Source: Podarcis muralis (taxonomy: Eukaryota). From it: a DNA stretch of 64,000 nt. The notes beneath the pieces were generated by a model. It ran no database searches. It was not told where the DNA came from and saw only the letters and a list, made by a program, of their open reading frames with translations. The translations under genes and the position numbers were made by a program. The DNA lies in the NCBI RefSeq assembly GCF_964188315.1, contig NC_135655.1, positions 82,894,001 to 82,958,000 of the forward strand. Reading direction: 5' to 3'. Numbering within the stretch: position 1 is the stretch's first letter; each line of letters begins with the position of its first letter. Of the stretch, positions 48,392 through 61,820 are shown piece after piece.

Positions 48392-51300
48392 TAAAGGGAG
48401 GAGGAGAGAGTCCCAAAGTATCTCCTCTCTTTGACTTCAGTAGCTCTCTGAATGAAAGAGAAACAAACCCATCACTACACCAATCCTGGAGTTTCCTGTT
48501 CCTCTATTATACGTATAGGTTTAAAAAAATATATCATGCAAGGTACCTTAAGCCATATATCTAGAATGGTCAACCAGCCAAGCAATGGTCTAATGATATA
48601 ATAGTGAAGCACTAGCATTTCCAATGCTTTTTGGGGGGGTGGTATTGGTTTGTGTGTTTGTGTTTTGTTTGTTTGTTCTTGATTTTATTACGTATTTTGT
48701 GTTTTTATATTGTATTTTTATGTTGTGAGCCGCCCTGAGATCTATGGATGAAGGGCAGGGTATACAAATTTAATAAAGAATGCATAAATAAATACCATTA
48801 GGCCAACCAAAATATCACAATATATTGCGCATGTTTTTGAGTTCTCCCAAAAGTCACGGGTTGACATTGGTGGCCAATCTTTTTTGGGACCATGGGCATA
48901 TTTGCAAACCTGATAAAATGTCATTTACAACCGCTCACATTTGCACTGCAGCCACACACTCACTCTAAACCCTACCCACCCGCAGTCCCACCAGCAATTA
49001 CACTTGAAAAAGGCATTTTCCGTTTTTTAAAACATAATACCAGGGGCGCTCTTTGTGAAGAGCACACCAGCGGAAAAGTTAACCTTTCATCTTCCTGCAA
49101 TTTCCAGGAAGATCATCCCACACCAATTACATTGGAGCCAGTAGTATGCTTTGTTTCCAAATCTAGTTGTAACAGAAGAGGGGTGTTATAAGAATTTTAA
49201 GGACATATACATATATAAAAATTCTCTGCAAGGTCAAAGTGGGAAACCTCCCCATTGTCTCTTTCCTCACAAATCCTGTCCTCACAAATCCTGTCTTAAG
49301 GGCACATTCAAGATATGAACAGGGTGTGAGCCTGTGACCTAGATTCAGGAATTAAGTAGTTATAATAACAAAAGAGTGGCTAAAACCCAGATAATGCAAT
49401 CAGGTAACTTGCCAGACAGGAGATAAACAACACACTCAGATTTCTGTTGTAGACCGCCTTTTCTGTGATGTAGGTATGATGTACCTTGGGGGGTGGTCTT
49501 GGGCTACACCACTTCTGTGATGTATGCATGATATTTCTGGGATTGGTCCTGGACTCCAGGGCGGGCCATTTAAAATGTCTATATAAGGGCTTGCACACAT
49601 GGCTTGGGGTCCTCCTCCTCTCTCCTGTGTGTTGGGGAGCACCCTGTTGCAACAGTTAATAAAGATCAGGCTTACTAGCTGCTTTACTTCTCAATATTCT
49701 CTGGTCTCTGTTATTTTCTCCTACCGATAGAGAACCAACAAAAGGACTCTGTGTGGGTTCTTGGGTACCCCATAAGGAAAATGGAGCAGGTTTTTTTGCT
49801 TATATCAAGGGGCAATTTTGGAAATCACACATGGAGAGGGAAGAGTTAACCCTTTCTTCCTCAGCTATACCCCCCATCACCTTTTCCCATACCAGGTCAG
49901 CTTAATCACCGTCTACTACGGAAGGCTTTCTCATCTCTAAAAAGGAAGGACTGGTCGTTACTCAGGTCTGCTTCCATCCTTAGGTGAACATTAAATCATA
50001 GTTGAGTTTTAACTGTGGTTTAAAGTTATGTATGAACCAGCTCACTGTGTACTCTGGATCGACTTATCAAAATTTGGCACCAAGACAGAAGATATATACA
50101 GTGGTGCCTCGGGTTACATACGCTTCACGTTACATACACTTCAGGATGCACACTCCGCTAACCCAGAAATAGTGCTTCAGGTTAAGAACTTTGCTTCACG
50201 ATAAGAACAGAAATCGGGCTCCGGTGGCGCAGTGGCAGCAGGCCCCATTAGCTAACGTGGTGCTTCAGGTTAAGAACAGTTTCAGGTTAAGAACGGACCT
50301 CCATAACAAATTAAGTACTTAACCTGAGGTACCACTGTATATATACCCCTGGTGTATAACTTGGAGTGCATTTTCTTGGATTCTTACTGAAACAAATTGA
50401 AAGGGAGCTTCTACACCACTGGGAGGTTGGGCATCCTGACTTTTGCATGTTGTCAGAGCTCATCCCATTACCACATTGCAGTGAAATGAGAAAGGGACCC
50501 TGGTGAATGAATACCTAGCTGTCCTGCTCTGAACTTGAAACAAAGTAGATCTGTGCAGGGTTGAGAAGACTTGGCCAAGTGTAAGCAGGGGCGTACCCAG
50601 GGATTGGTTAGGTTGGCCCCCGCTCCTAGGGGGGCGTCAATATCACGCCCCTCGACTCTGGCTTGGAGGGATTGGAGCGCCCAGCAGGGCGGCTTCAGAG
50701 TTGATGATACAGCTCCTTGCCAAGGGCGCATGGAAGCCTGGACATAAGTCATAGTATATGCCGAATCTCTCATGTTCTCTGGACTTGTGACCATCTGAGT
50801 CAAGCAAAAGCATTTTGCAGCCAAACTTCCTTCTCTGTTGAGACACTGGGAAAAAGGCCAAGGCACCAGCCTGTTAATGGCTTATTGCTTCAGGATTTTT
50901 TTTTAAAAAAATACTTAAGTGGGTAAATTGTCTCAGCAAGGATGGCATTCCATATAATGCCAGTGGCCCTGCGATAGGCTGCTACCTTCTTCTCAAAGGC
51001 AGACGTGTCCCTTCAGGTAAGCACTGCAGCTGTCATTGTGGACCTCGGAAGGGGACAATCTAATCCCCCTGAATAAGTGGGACTCAAATCTTCTTGCCTA
51101 CCAATTCAGCTCTGCCTCAGTGCTAGAAAAATGAGGAAATGGTTTGACGAGCTGCAAAGGGGAGTTGGGGACTGTCTGAATGAGGGGCAGCCAGTGTCGA
51201 TCTCCTCAGCCGGAATAGGAGTCAACTCCATATATCCCTGATCTACAGACATAATTAGTGAAGTAATTTGAGTACTAGAGATTTCGTGAGAAATGGCAAG

Positions 51301-51447
51301 TCATTCTGGTTGTGGGTTGTCCGGTAGCACTGAGTGTAAGGGTCTGATGCATTTCTTTCTGCGTTTCGTCCCCTTCAAGGGCTTCCTTCCCCCCCACGTT
51401 ATCTTGACTGGAACCTGACGTAGCCCCCAGCCCCTCTTTGGCCAGCC

Positions 51448-54431
51448 ATGCAGATCCTGACCTGCCCCTCCAAGTTGAAGCTGCTTGAGACTGTGCTGCA
51501 ACGGCACCTGCCCCAGGCTCTTCCGGTAATCCTCGCTCCTCTACTGCCGCCCCCTTTCCCCATCAATTTAACAATTCCTACCATTTTCTCATGGAGCAAC
51601 ATGGATTTTTGCTCTAGCTAACTCCCCTCCTTTCCTTGGCAGGCCAACGGAGCTGTGATGCACATCAACCGTAGAAATCCAGCTCAGCACGAAGTGGTGG
51701 TGGACTCTTGGCCAGAGTTTAAAGTTGTCCTTACCCGCCCACGTAAGGAGGTGAGAATTCTTCCATAAAAAAAGCCCAAGAGACGGTAGCTTCTGAGGCT
51801 GGAAAGCCATTGGAGAGGCACTCCATGGTGGTGCCGGGCCTGTTCCTGCTTCCTTTGCCTTTCTCTTGCTCCTGCTCTCCCTCGTTAATAAGACCCAACC
51901 AACCCCCGCTACCTGCGTCCTGTCAATAGCCAAATGACTGTGCCACATTCTGCAGGTAGTGAAAGACAAGCAGGATTGCTACTCCAACTTTCATACTGCT
52001 TTCTACTGGGATGTAGACGCCTGGTGAACACTCTTGGAAAATGCAGAAGCCATTGACTGGGGAAAGGCCTTTCAGCTTCAAGGTAAAGCTCCTCATGCTC
52101 TACCTATTCCATTCTTGGAATAGAAAGCTAGGTTCCTGGTAAGGTGATGAGACATTGAGAGGTACCAAGGAAGTGGCTCTGTGTGAGATGGAAAATGGGT
52201 GGGTAGTTAGAAAATGGGTGGGCAAAGGCTGAGTTGAGAGCTGTGACCATGGGGGAAGCAAGTCCCTCTTGGGGTGTTAATACTGCTCAGGTTGTGTATA
52301 TGTGTAAATAAACCACATGCCACAGAGACACCACAGTCTCTGCTGTACTTCATTCCAAAGGAAACACCAACCCTGGGTAAGCGCCTGGAACCCATGGAAT
52401 CTCACACCGCTCAAAGATTGGGCTGGCACACAACACTATAATCATACGATAGCAAGAGAGGTGCAGACACAGAGCATTAGAAAATATAATTCCTCACCCC
52501 CAGGTTGACATCTCATTTTCATTGTGTGCAGGGCTCCAAGATGGCTTATATGAAGCTGCCAGAGAGATTGCAGCGTCCAGACGTGTCAGTCTTAAGCCAT
52601 ACTTCTACCAGACAACCCTGCATCCTGACCCATCTGCCTACTGTCAGAGCCGGTTACTGAGTGCACTCTCACCCTGGGGTATCTAACTGATGGGGGTCTG
52701 TTGACTGGAGAGGGGGAGAAATTTAATTTAGTTCCCATTTAAAGGCAAACTTATTTAACTTGCACTTTCCTTAAATACAACCATCCTTTAAAATTTAGTT
52801 TAGAGAGGGGGGCCCTACCCATTTACCATCTCACACCAAGCCTCTTAATCCTTTGTTCTCTTAATGTCCAGGTGATCACGTCAGCACAGGAAGCTAGCCT
52901 GACTTATATTTTAACACTTCCTGGGTCCAGGGGAAAGGAGGGCCTCAGCTCTCCTCTGCAACTCTTAATAACATCAGCAAATATCCAGTATTCACTGGGC
53001 TGTATTCTGTTCGGGAAAAGGGCTGACTAGGCGAACACAAGCAATTTCTGCTTCTATTTTCATCAGAATTCTCAGACGTTCCTCCTCATAATCAGTAAGC
53101 AGTGATTGTAACCCAGCACAAAGTTCCACATCTGATTGCTATGTCCTGGCTTAGTCCTGCCCACAAAACAGGAGGAGAAAGTCACAGAGTCACTTCCTGA
53201 GTTTCTCTTGCAATTTCCTGTTCCTTTGTTCTGGTTGATAGTCACAAAATACTAAGGCAGTGTTTCCCAACCGGTGTTCCGCGGCACACTAGTGTGCCGC
53301 GAGACGTTGCCTGGTGTGCCGTGGGAGGGAGGCGGGCAAGTCGGGCGGCGAGAGGCGGGGCGGCGGCGGCGAGGATCCGCGTCGAGCCGGGGGCAGCTCC
53401 GCGGTGGTGGTGCCGAGGTTTCTCTCTCCATTCTCCCCTCACACACACACACAGGAAATAACACAGGATCAGCTGACAGGACCCGGCCAATGGGGCGGCG
53501 GCGGGGCAGCGCGCGCAAAAGGGAGGAGCGCGAGACAGCGGACGAGGAGGAGGCCGGCATGTCCGGGCAGCAGCAGCAACAGCAGCAGCAGCAACTCCCG
53601 GCGACGGCTCCTCAAGCCCCGGGCAACCCTACTCCCTCACCGGCCTCGGCCGCCCTCCTGCTCCACCCGCCGCCGCCTCCCCCGCTGCCGCCGCCGGCCA
53701 CCTCGGCCCCGCCGCCGCCCCCTCCTCCGCCCGCTATCGCCGCCACCACCACAACAGCCGCCACCGCCTCAGCTGGGCCCATGCCTGCCGGGAGCGGCGG
53801 CGGCAGCAGCAGCAGCAGCAGCAGCGCCCCGGCGCCCTTCCCTCCCGGCGAGACGCTGCGCGCTGACGTGACGGGGCTGTAATGGTGGTGTGCCTCAATA
53901 TTTTTTTCATCAAACAAGTGTGCCTTTGCCCAAAAAAGGTTGGGAAACACTGTACTAAGGGATGCTTTCAGTCTGCTCAACCGCCATCACTGCCTCTCTT
54001 TGTATTTCAGGTACAGAAGTGGCCACTTCCACTTCGGCAGCCTAAACTCCTCTCATTCAGCTCTTCTCAATGAAAACTGGAGTGCTGGGCGCAATGATTG
54101 GAGCCTGCTCTATCTGGACAGCCTGATCCACAACTTCCCTAGTGCTTGCCTCCTGGACAAAGGAGGCCAGCTGGTTTCCTGGTGCCTTACTGATCAAATG
54201 GGTTGTTTGACGCATGGCTACACTCTCCCTCAGTACCGAGGTGAAGGCTGTGTGGCAGCTGTGACAAAGGCAACAGCTGTGAAGTTGCACGCATGTGGGT
54301 TCCCCCTGTTTGGTGGGGTTTTGGCAGACAACCAGCCTAGCAAACGGACATTGAAGCGTCAAGGATTCCACATCTTGCCCTTGACGAATTATGCGCTTTT
54401 CTTTACACCAAGCCTTCAGCCCACAAGATAA
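51448..54431 (+). pseudogene. GLYATL3-like: GLYATL3-like G1c with premature stop (R86*)
   Basis: Exons 51448-51525, 51643-51750, 51956-52082, 52532-52652, 54011-54431. Codon 52025-52027 is TGA where G1a and G1b have CGA. Confidence 0.85.
53258..53952 (+). mobile_element. hAT non-autonomous element carrying a RANBP9-like 5' gene fragment
   Basis: Perfect TIR cagtgtttcccaacc; 8-bp TSD tactaagg (53250-53257, 53953-53960); internal ATG 53559 encodes MSGQQQQQQQQQL...AALLLHPPPPPPLPPPATSAPPPPPPPP...SSAPAPFPPG. Confidence 0.85.
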
Positions 54432-55089
54432 TACACTGCAACCTTTCACTCCCAGAACTGTGCACTTCAGGGTTAGTTAACATCATGGCCAGATTTAGTG
54501 GCCTGCTCTCGACATATTTAAAATTAAATTGAAATACATAGCAAAGCAGCTATTGCAGCTACTTTTCATACCCAATAAGAATTAAGGTTAAAGTTAGTCC
54601 CGATGGATATTCAGTTAGTCTAAAACACATTTTCCCTTCTGTCTCTTTTAAGTTAATCTTAAGTGTTTTTTTAAGTCTCTTTGAGTCAACCCGACTCATA
54701 TTCTGTACAACAGAACGTCAGTCAGAGCCCAACACTTTGGACACATCTTGTTTAGATGCCATCGCCATCTAAGCATACCTACAGAGGCACCTTTAGGCAG
54801 GGCTCGTCATATTTATCTCTCCCACATGGTGCCCAATTTCACCAAACACATACAATGCGTTTGAGACAGACATATATCAGTGATGCAAATGCTGGTTGAG
54901 TTGCCTGTCGCCCCCTGCCCAATACTGCAGATATTATTATTTACTAAAGCACCACATCCATTTAATCATTCATTCACTTGCCTCACATAAAGAGGGTAAA
55001 TACCTTGTAAAGCATTGTAACATTACTAGGCGTGTGTGATGGAGGTCTCCTTCTGATACAATAGGCAACAGTTTGTTTCTAGAGTCAGA

Positions 55090-55220
55090 ATATTAAAATT
55101 GTATCTGGGAAGGGACCCTGGGAATCATTAAGTCCAACCCTCTGCATTACAGGGATCTCAACTAGATCATACATGACAGATTGCCATCCAACCTCTGCTT
55201 AAAAGCCTCCAAGGAAGAAA
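55090..55220 (-). mobile_element. CR1-like 3' fragment
   Basis: tggaagggaccctgggaatcattaagtccaaccc motif typical of reversed CR1 3' ends; boundaries approximate. Confidence 0.5.
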
Positions 55221-58200
55221 ATCAAGATCAATGCTCAGTACATAGGTCATCAGGGGGATCCCTAAATATATATACAGCCAATATGTCACCATTTAATTAA
55301 AGGGCCAAATCATTACAAAGACAAACAAAACCAAAGAAAAGATGAAACCGCAACAATCTGTGTAGTGCTACTAGATGTAAGACTTCTCACATTGTTCCCT
55401 TTTACCACTTTTTCGATTTACTTCTCCATAAGCTGTTGATCAAGGTTTCTAGCCTTATACTACTTTACACAGGAACTCTATCTAACTAGCTATATATATG
55501 CCTACCTACCAAGGGGGTTGTATCCAATGTTATTCAAAGACCAATTGAAGTAGTTTTGGAGTAGACCAATTGAAATGAGTGGATCTGACTAGCTTAGGTC
55601 CATTCATTTCTACTGGTCTACTCTGAGTAGAAATAAGTTGTCTACAACACAAAATATCTAAGGTAATTCTTTCTGGGCCTATATTGGTGTTGTTTTACAA
55701 GACTATCTGATTTATTTTACAGCATTTCTTTTATGAAAAAAGAGATTTCCAAGCACTTCAGTTTGTTTGTCATTTCCAGATTGTTTGAGCTAGTTCCAAG
55801 CTTGTTTAAATCTAGCATGAGTATACTTTCCCTGGCTAAGATGGCCATGTTAATCTGAGGCCAATTTGAATAAAGGTTTTCACCTGCTACTGTAGCCTGT
55901 GAGTTCCACACACACCTCATGAAACATTAGCTAATCTATATGCCTCTGACAATTTCTGCCTTTTTATCCTCTGTATTTTCAAAGTTGTTTTACATTATGG
56001 GTTTTGTTTTTGTTATTCAGCTGTCCATGTGCAACTACTCATGGCATGCTGTAGCATCATGCTGCCTAAGCAGGGGGGAAACTTAGTTTTCAACTTATTT
56101 GCCCCACCTCCACTTTAAACTTTGAGTGGTGCTGGAAGTAGCCTTCTGGGCAGGAAATTATTATCCAGAACTTTCAATCCAGATCCTCTGTTTGGTGGCG
56201 TCTGGCAAGCAGTGAAGAAGGTAAAGCTCTTGGAATATCTCCTTTAACTTCATTCTTAATTGAGAGAACCCCAGCAGAGATTTAAAATCACAGAACACAT
56301 AGCAGAGTAAAGCATGGAAATATAGGTACAGTAGTTAGACCTTTAAAACTGAAGTTCCTTCCAAAGTTTCCCTGTTCCCCTAGCATAGAAAAAGACCACG
56401 TTTGGTAAGTCAAGAATGGTTTACTTACAAACCCTTCAAAGGTCAGATTTGTGTGCTTCAGAAAGTTGCACAGGCGATAAAACTTGGCTTAGTTGCAAAG
56501 TGGTGAAAGTTCCAAAATTACTGATATAGGAACATAAGAGTGGCTTGTGAGAGCCATGCAGTCTGAACTGGAGCAACCAGTTCACTCACTGAGCTTCTCA
56601 AGTAGACTGGGAGAGAACAAAGGCTTGATTACATAGTTCCTCCCAAGGTGAGAGGAAGTGGACATAGATAAGTTTGGTAGGATAGTTTATGGTATTAACC
56701 CCTTCATGCATTAATTAGACATAAGTGTTGTTGGTTATATGAGCCTGGTTATCCCACAACATTATCTCTTATGATCAAGCACTAATTCTAGTAAATCAAA
56801 AAATGTCCCCAGTTTAGTTTTTTCAACTAAGACACATAATCAAACTATTATTAATAAAACATGGAACACCATGCCTTGAAACTCCATTTGAAAACTCCAT
56901 TTGTTACAAGTCAACCAGAAATAAACAATACAAAATATATCTAATTCTGTCTGCACTGAAAAGAGAACAATTACAACCAACATATAAAAGGAAATGGGGA
57001 AGGGAGCTGATAAAATATAATCTTACAATGCAGCAAACTGAGTAGGAATAGTTGTTCAAATCTATACCATCAGTACCAATTAGGGCTAATTTGAAGGGAA
57101 ATTTATTCAATACAACCTATCAATGGTACCTTCTCCTACACAGACTGAGTAAAATACACCACCTTAATATGTTTTGTTGGAGGCACAAGAGAAGTAAAGC
57201 TGTGTTCTTGATGCCATCTAGGGATCAACTTTAAATAATAACTACTTTCCTTTGCCTTGGGGGATTCAATAAACTGGTCCAACTTCAGGTCAAGAAACAT
57301 GCATCATTTGGCTTTGGCTCTTTCCCCGTCTGGTCTTGGACCTCTCTGTAGTACATCCACAACAATAGTAAACAAAGCAGACATTTAGCTGCTGAAATAG
57401 CTAAAGGACACAGATAGCTCACAATTTTCACATGTTTATATAACAGGCTGCATCTCCAGCTCTAGTTGAGACCAAGGGGGATGATATACTCCCTAGGTGC
57501 AGGCAGAGAGGACCACTTCAGTTGTATTAACTCAGTCCTGAGCTAGCTCACTTGACGGTGGTACATGTTTCTCCCATGAGGTGGGTTATTCTAAGAGACA
57601 GTGTCTGGTTCATGGGCACCAAATGAACTTCATGGCTGAGTAGGGATTTCAAATCCTGTTTGCTCAAAAAAAGAAAAAAAAATTTGGGGTGTAGTTGTTA
57701 TTATTAATAAATAACCACAACAAATTAATACTCTACTTGCTTTCCCCCCTATTTAAATCTTGCTATCCGGTCATGAGCATCTGAACCGAATTGCTTAAAT
57801 CTTAAATCGCTTTTGACTCCCTCCATCCGCAATACTAGGTTGAGCTTGCGCTGAATGCAGTTTTGCTATCCTAAAATCAGGAGACGAAGACCTACAGTGA
57901 GATAACTAGTTTACAACTCATGAAACTTGATTTATTTGCATGGTTTGGGGCTGGCTGTGGAGGAGAGCAGTTCTCTCATGTCTTTACCAGCTATGTTGCA
58001 GAGGGATATTAAACAGAGCAAAGTTTTACTGGTATGGAACTACAATTATAGGGAAAGCTTCCCCTATTGATATTTTGTCCGTCAGACCTCTTATTTCTGT
58101 GTGTGATCCCTGATATGTTTCAGACCTACCTGCAAAAAGGGGTACAAATCTGCATATGATATACACTATATGCAAATTATGTTCACATATGTGTCTTCTT

Positions 58201-61200
58201 TTGCATGTGCAACAGAAGGCTGAATCCCCACACAGTATACTGGCCCCAGAAAATTTTGTTGGCATCCCTGTTCAGTAGTAAATCATCCCCTTGGACTATG
58301 CAGTTAATCAATTTACTTTATCACCAATAGCCATTGCAAAACCAAACAAGTTTTAAAGGCGCGTACAGTTCAAAAATAAACAGAATGGAATGCCACATAA
58401 AGCCTGGCTTTAAGAACTATTTATCCTGGTTGGTTGGTTTTGCAAAGCAAATTGGCACAAAGCAACTACCATGTTAACTGGGGCTAGACCACCTTGGTGC
58501 TCTAAACAAGCATTTATTCTTCCATCCAACTTGCAGAAGCTGTTTCTAGGAGAAGCCCTGGCCTGGGCAGACTGCAGACAAACTGGGGCCGGAACTGCAA
58601 GTGGAGACCAGCTGGTAGGCCTTGGCATCTGTCCAGAGTTCTTGCCTCCCACTACAGAACAGCGTCCACTATATGAATGAAGGAATTCTCCAAACGGCAA
58701 TGATGTCAAAGCAGCAGGGACTCCTCTTCAGTTGCTCTTCTCAGAGGCAATATTCATGCCACAGACTGAAAGGGAGGCATTTGAACCATGCCTACCCTCT
58801 AGGGAGTCCTAACTTGGCATCCTGCATGCCCTCTCCACCCACCGTGCCAAACAGCTGGAATGGGCTAGGCTCCCTCCAGCGCCACTATGGCGGCACTGGA
58901 GCAGACACAATTTTACGGTCAACTTAAGCAAATGATCCATCTGGAGGCGAGTCTGTCCCACGGCTCTCAGCTTTCAAGGCCAGCACGTTCTCAGCCAGAA
59001 GGAAAGAAGAAGAAAATGAACACAGAGAAAGGAAACAGGGGGATAGGATAAATGGGAATAACTGTTACTGAATTTATCTGCATTTCTTCTGCACTGACCT
59101 TTTCTCTCTCTCTCTCATTGCTGTAGAAGGACCTAACTGAGCATGGGAATGATGGATCAGCGCAGTGTCTGGAAGTAAGACCACTGGGATTCCCCCAAGG
59201 AAGCTACTCTGAACTTGCTAAAGGAAGAGCAGTACAAGGAAATATAAGAATTTGTTATATAATAAATGAAATTATATAATATTTAATGAAATATATATTA
59301 ATTGATAAGACTCCAGTGCTCAGTTATTCTTTAATCATGGCTGCAGTAAATGCACTGGGTTTAAACTTGTACAAGAGTGGGGGCAATCAACCAAAGAAAG
59401 GAGAACTGACTGTATTCATTTGCTAAGTGGAGTTGGACAAGTTACTGTCTCTTAATTTAATGTACCTCACAGGGTTGTTGTGGAAGAAAGAGAGAGAGGC
59501 TGGGTGGGCTTCCAGGTCACCTAAGAGGAAGTGTGAATTCATGTGGGGTTGGGGCATTGATAGTGCCACCCAGCAGCTAAAGCCTCTGCTTCTCCTCAGG
59601 CTCTTATTTGAAACATCCTATTAATTCTCCCTGAGAATCAAGCTACAGATGCAGTCATGGGCAAGTGGTGAAGAGCTACTCGCTTCTGGATAACCCTATG
59701 TGACAAATACTATTTCTATTTATCCAGAACACTGAGTACCCAAGGATTCCAAATCTCTCTCTCTCCAGGCAGTCTCGGGGGGCAGGAGATTGTATTCTTC
59801 TGCAACTCAGTTCAAACTGCCAGCTTTATTCAATTTGCTCCAGCAACTTTGACTTCATCTAGTTCACCATAATAACCTTGACTGAAATAACTTTTGATAT
59901 AGCTTGTGGGGAGATTAATGGTGTGTCTGGTTCAACCAATTCACAGGCTTTGTCAAATGTTACCTAAGAAATAATTCACACATACTAAATTCTGAATGTG
60001 AATTGGAGCCCATAGTCAGTTAATAGGGAAACACCTCCAGGTGAAGTTTGCAACAGGCCTATTTACATGTTGCAAAATAAGGTTGATTCAGTCACCACTT
60101 CTTCCGCCAAAAGGAAAGGAAAAAAAAGATAGGGGACTGACTGAGTACTGTTGGTCAGAATCAGGGATGGAGGGAAAATTTGATTCAGACTGCATTTTGC
60201 ACTTCCAAAACCAAAGATGAACTAAAACACAGCTGTCCTTTGAAATTTACCCTTTTCCAAATTTTTGCAAGGAAGTTTTCCAACCAATGTTTACAAAAGT
60301 GCATATAACTGTGAATAAATGAAGATATTAGTGAAAATAATATACAAAAATCCATTATAGGAAGGGAAATTGACTTGAGAAAATGGAACAATACCAACTT
60401 CACCATCTCAGACAATATAGCCATGTTCAAAAATGAACACCCTCCTAAAATTAATGTACCTATTTCCAAAACCTCCCAATCTGGATTCCCTCAACCCAAC
60501 TTCCTCCACAGGAAAAAACTACTCTTGTTTATTTTCTCACACAAGTCTTCTCCTTAAGCAGTTCTTTCTCTTCCATCACTTTTCCAACAAAAAAGACACT
60601 GGGACTCTTACACTTGGCTTTAAGAACAGAAAAGACGCTCCAATGGATTAGCGAGAGAGAGAAATCTAGTCCAGTATCCAGTTCTCACAGTGGCCAGCTA
60701 GATGTCTATGAGAAGCCCACAAGCAGGGCATGAGTTCAGAGTACCAGTACTCTTCCCACTCATGTTCCCTAGCAACTGGTGTTCAGAAGAATACTGCTTC
60801 TGCTACTAGCGTAGTACACACCGAGCCACCATGATCAGTAGCCATTAACAGTAAAATGTTAGGCATGTATATGTGGATGGGGAGACCAAGGGTGCACATG
60901 CAAGCTTCATCCCCAACAGCCATGCACACATGCTCCTCTATCAGTCCATGTCTTCCCCAGTGTTGAGTAGGAAAGATCTGTGTTGGGTTGTTCTTGAATT
61001 CACTTAAATATGAGTAGGACACCTCATGTGATTGGGGACCCTAATAAAGCAGTGTTCCTAATCACATGCAGAGTGTCTGCTCAGTTTTATTCCAGTCGCT
61101 ATGACGGTGCTGTGATTTAAGTGGTTTCATCATATGGAACTACATATGGTCATAATTCAATTTTATTTTTAATCAGGGGTAGAAAACTCTTCTTTATGTC

Positions 61201-61782
61201 CTGCCCCAACACAGTATTTGGAAAACGTGAAATGGCAGTGGAAGCGGGAGATAAATATTAATTGTGCTTTTACGCAACAGACATCACATGGCCATCTAAA
61301 GAGAGGGGTCTAGTCCATTAAGTCCAAAGTCTAACTATACGTAGAAGCACCACTGAATATTGGGAAGATGTATGTTAATGGTTCAACCATTCTAGTAAAT
61401 TTGCACATTCCCCCCACCTTGAAACAAAGCAGTCCAAAGATCTAGCTGGGTGGGCAAGACATTGAGTGAGTAGGTTTGTGTTGCTGCTTTGGTTCATGGA
61501 GGACCGTAAGTGAGCAGTTGACAATGTCACAACGCACCAGAAGTTAATAAGAGAATCTGTAACTTTCAACAGGACCACAGGTGAGCAGGTGACAGTGTAA
61601 CAGATCATCAGCGGCTCAAAAGAGAATATATTTTTTTCTGTCTGTTGAGCGGGAAGGAGGGGAAGGGATTCCTGTTACAATTAGAAGCTCAGTTGTGTCA
61701 GCACAGGGCTTTAAAAAAATCTGTAATTTCAGTCACATAGGAAGCTTTACAGAATGGGGCTTACAGTGAGGTGCAGAGAAAT

Positions 61783-61787
<5 letters not shown>

Positions 61788-61820
<33 letters not shown>

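Larger units (their letters stand above)
15940..55030 (+). repeat. Tandem segmental triplication: unit 0 15940-23022, unit 1 23027-39647, unit 2 39652-55030
   Basis: The junction ...cattactagg-GATC-tttcattcggagaatc... is identical at 23022/23027 and 39647/39652. Outer ends have unique flanks (15940 left, 55030 right). Homology is colinear between units. Confidence 0.92.

Noticed and set aside
53274-53882. 202-aa ORF as a stand-alone host gene
   Set aside because: It lies entirely inside TIR/TSD boundaries and lacks the SPRY domain and downstream exons; treated as transposon cargo.
56330-56860. Possible antisense solo LTR
   Set aside because: The composition is LTR-like, but no clean TG..CA ends with a matching TSD could be set and there is no paralogous empty site to compare.
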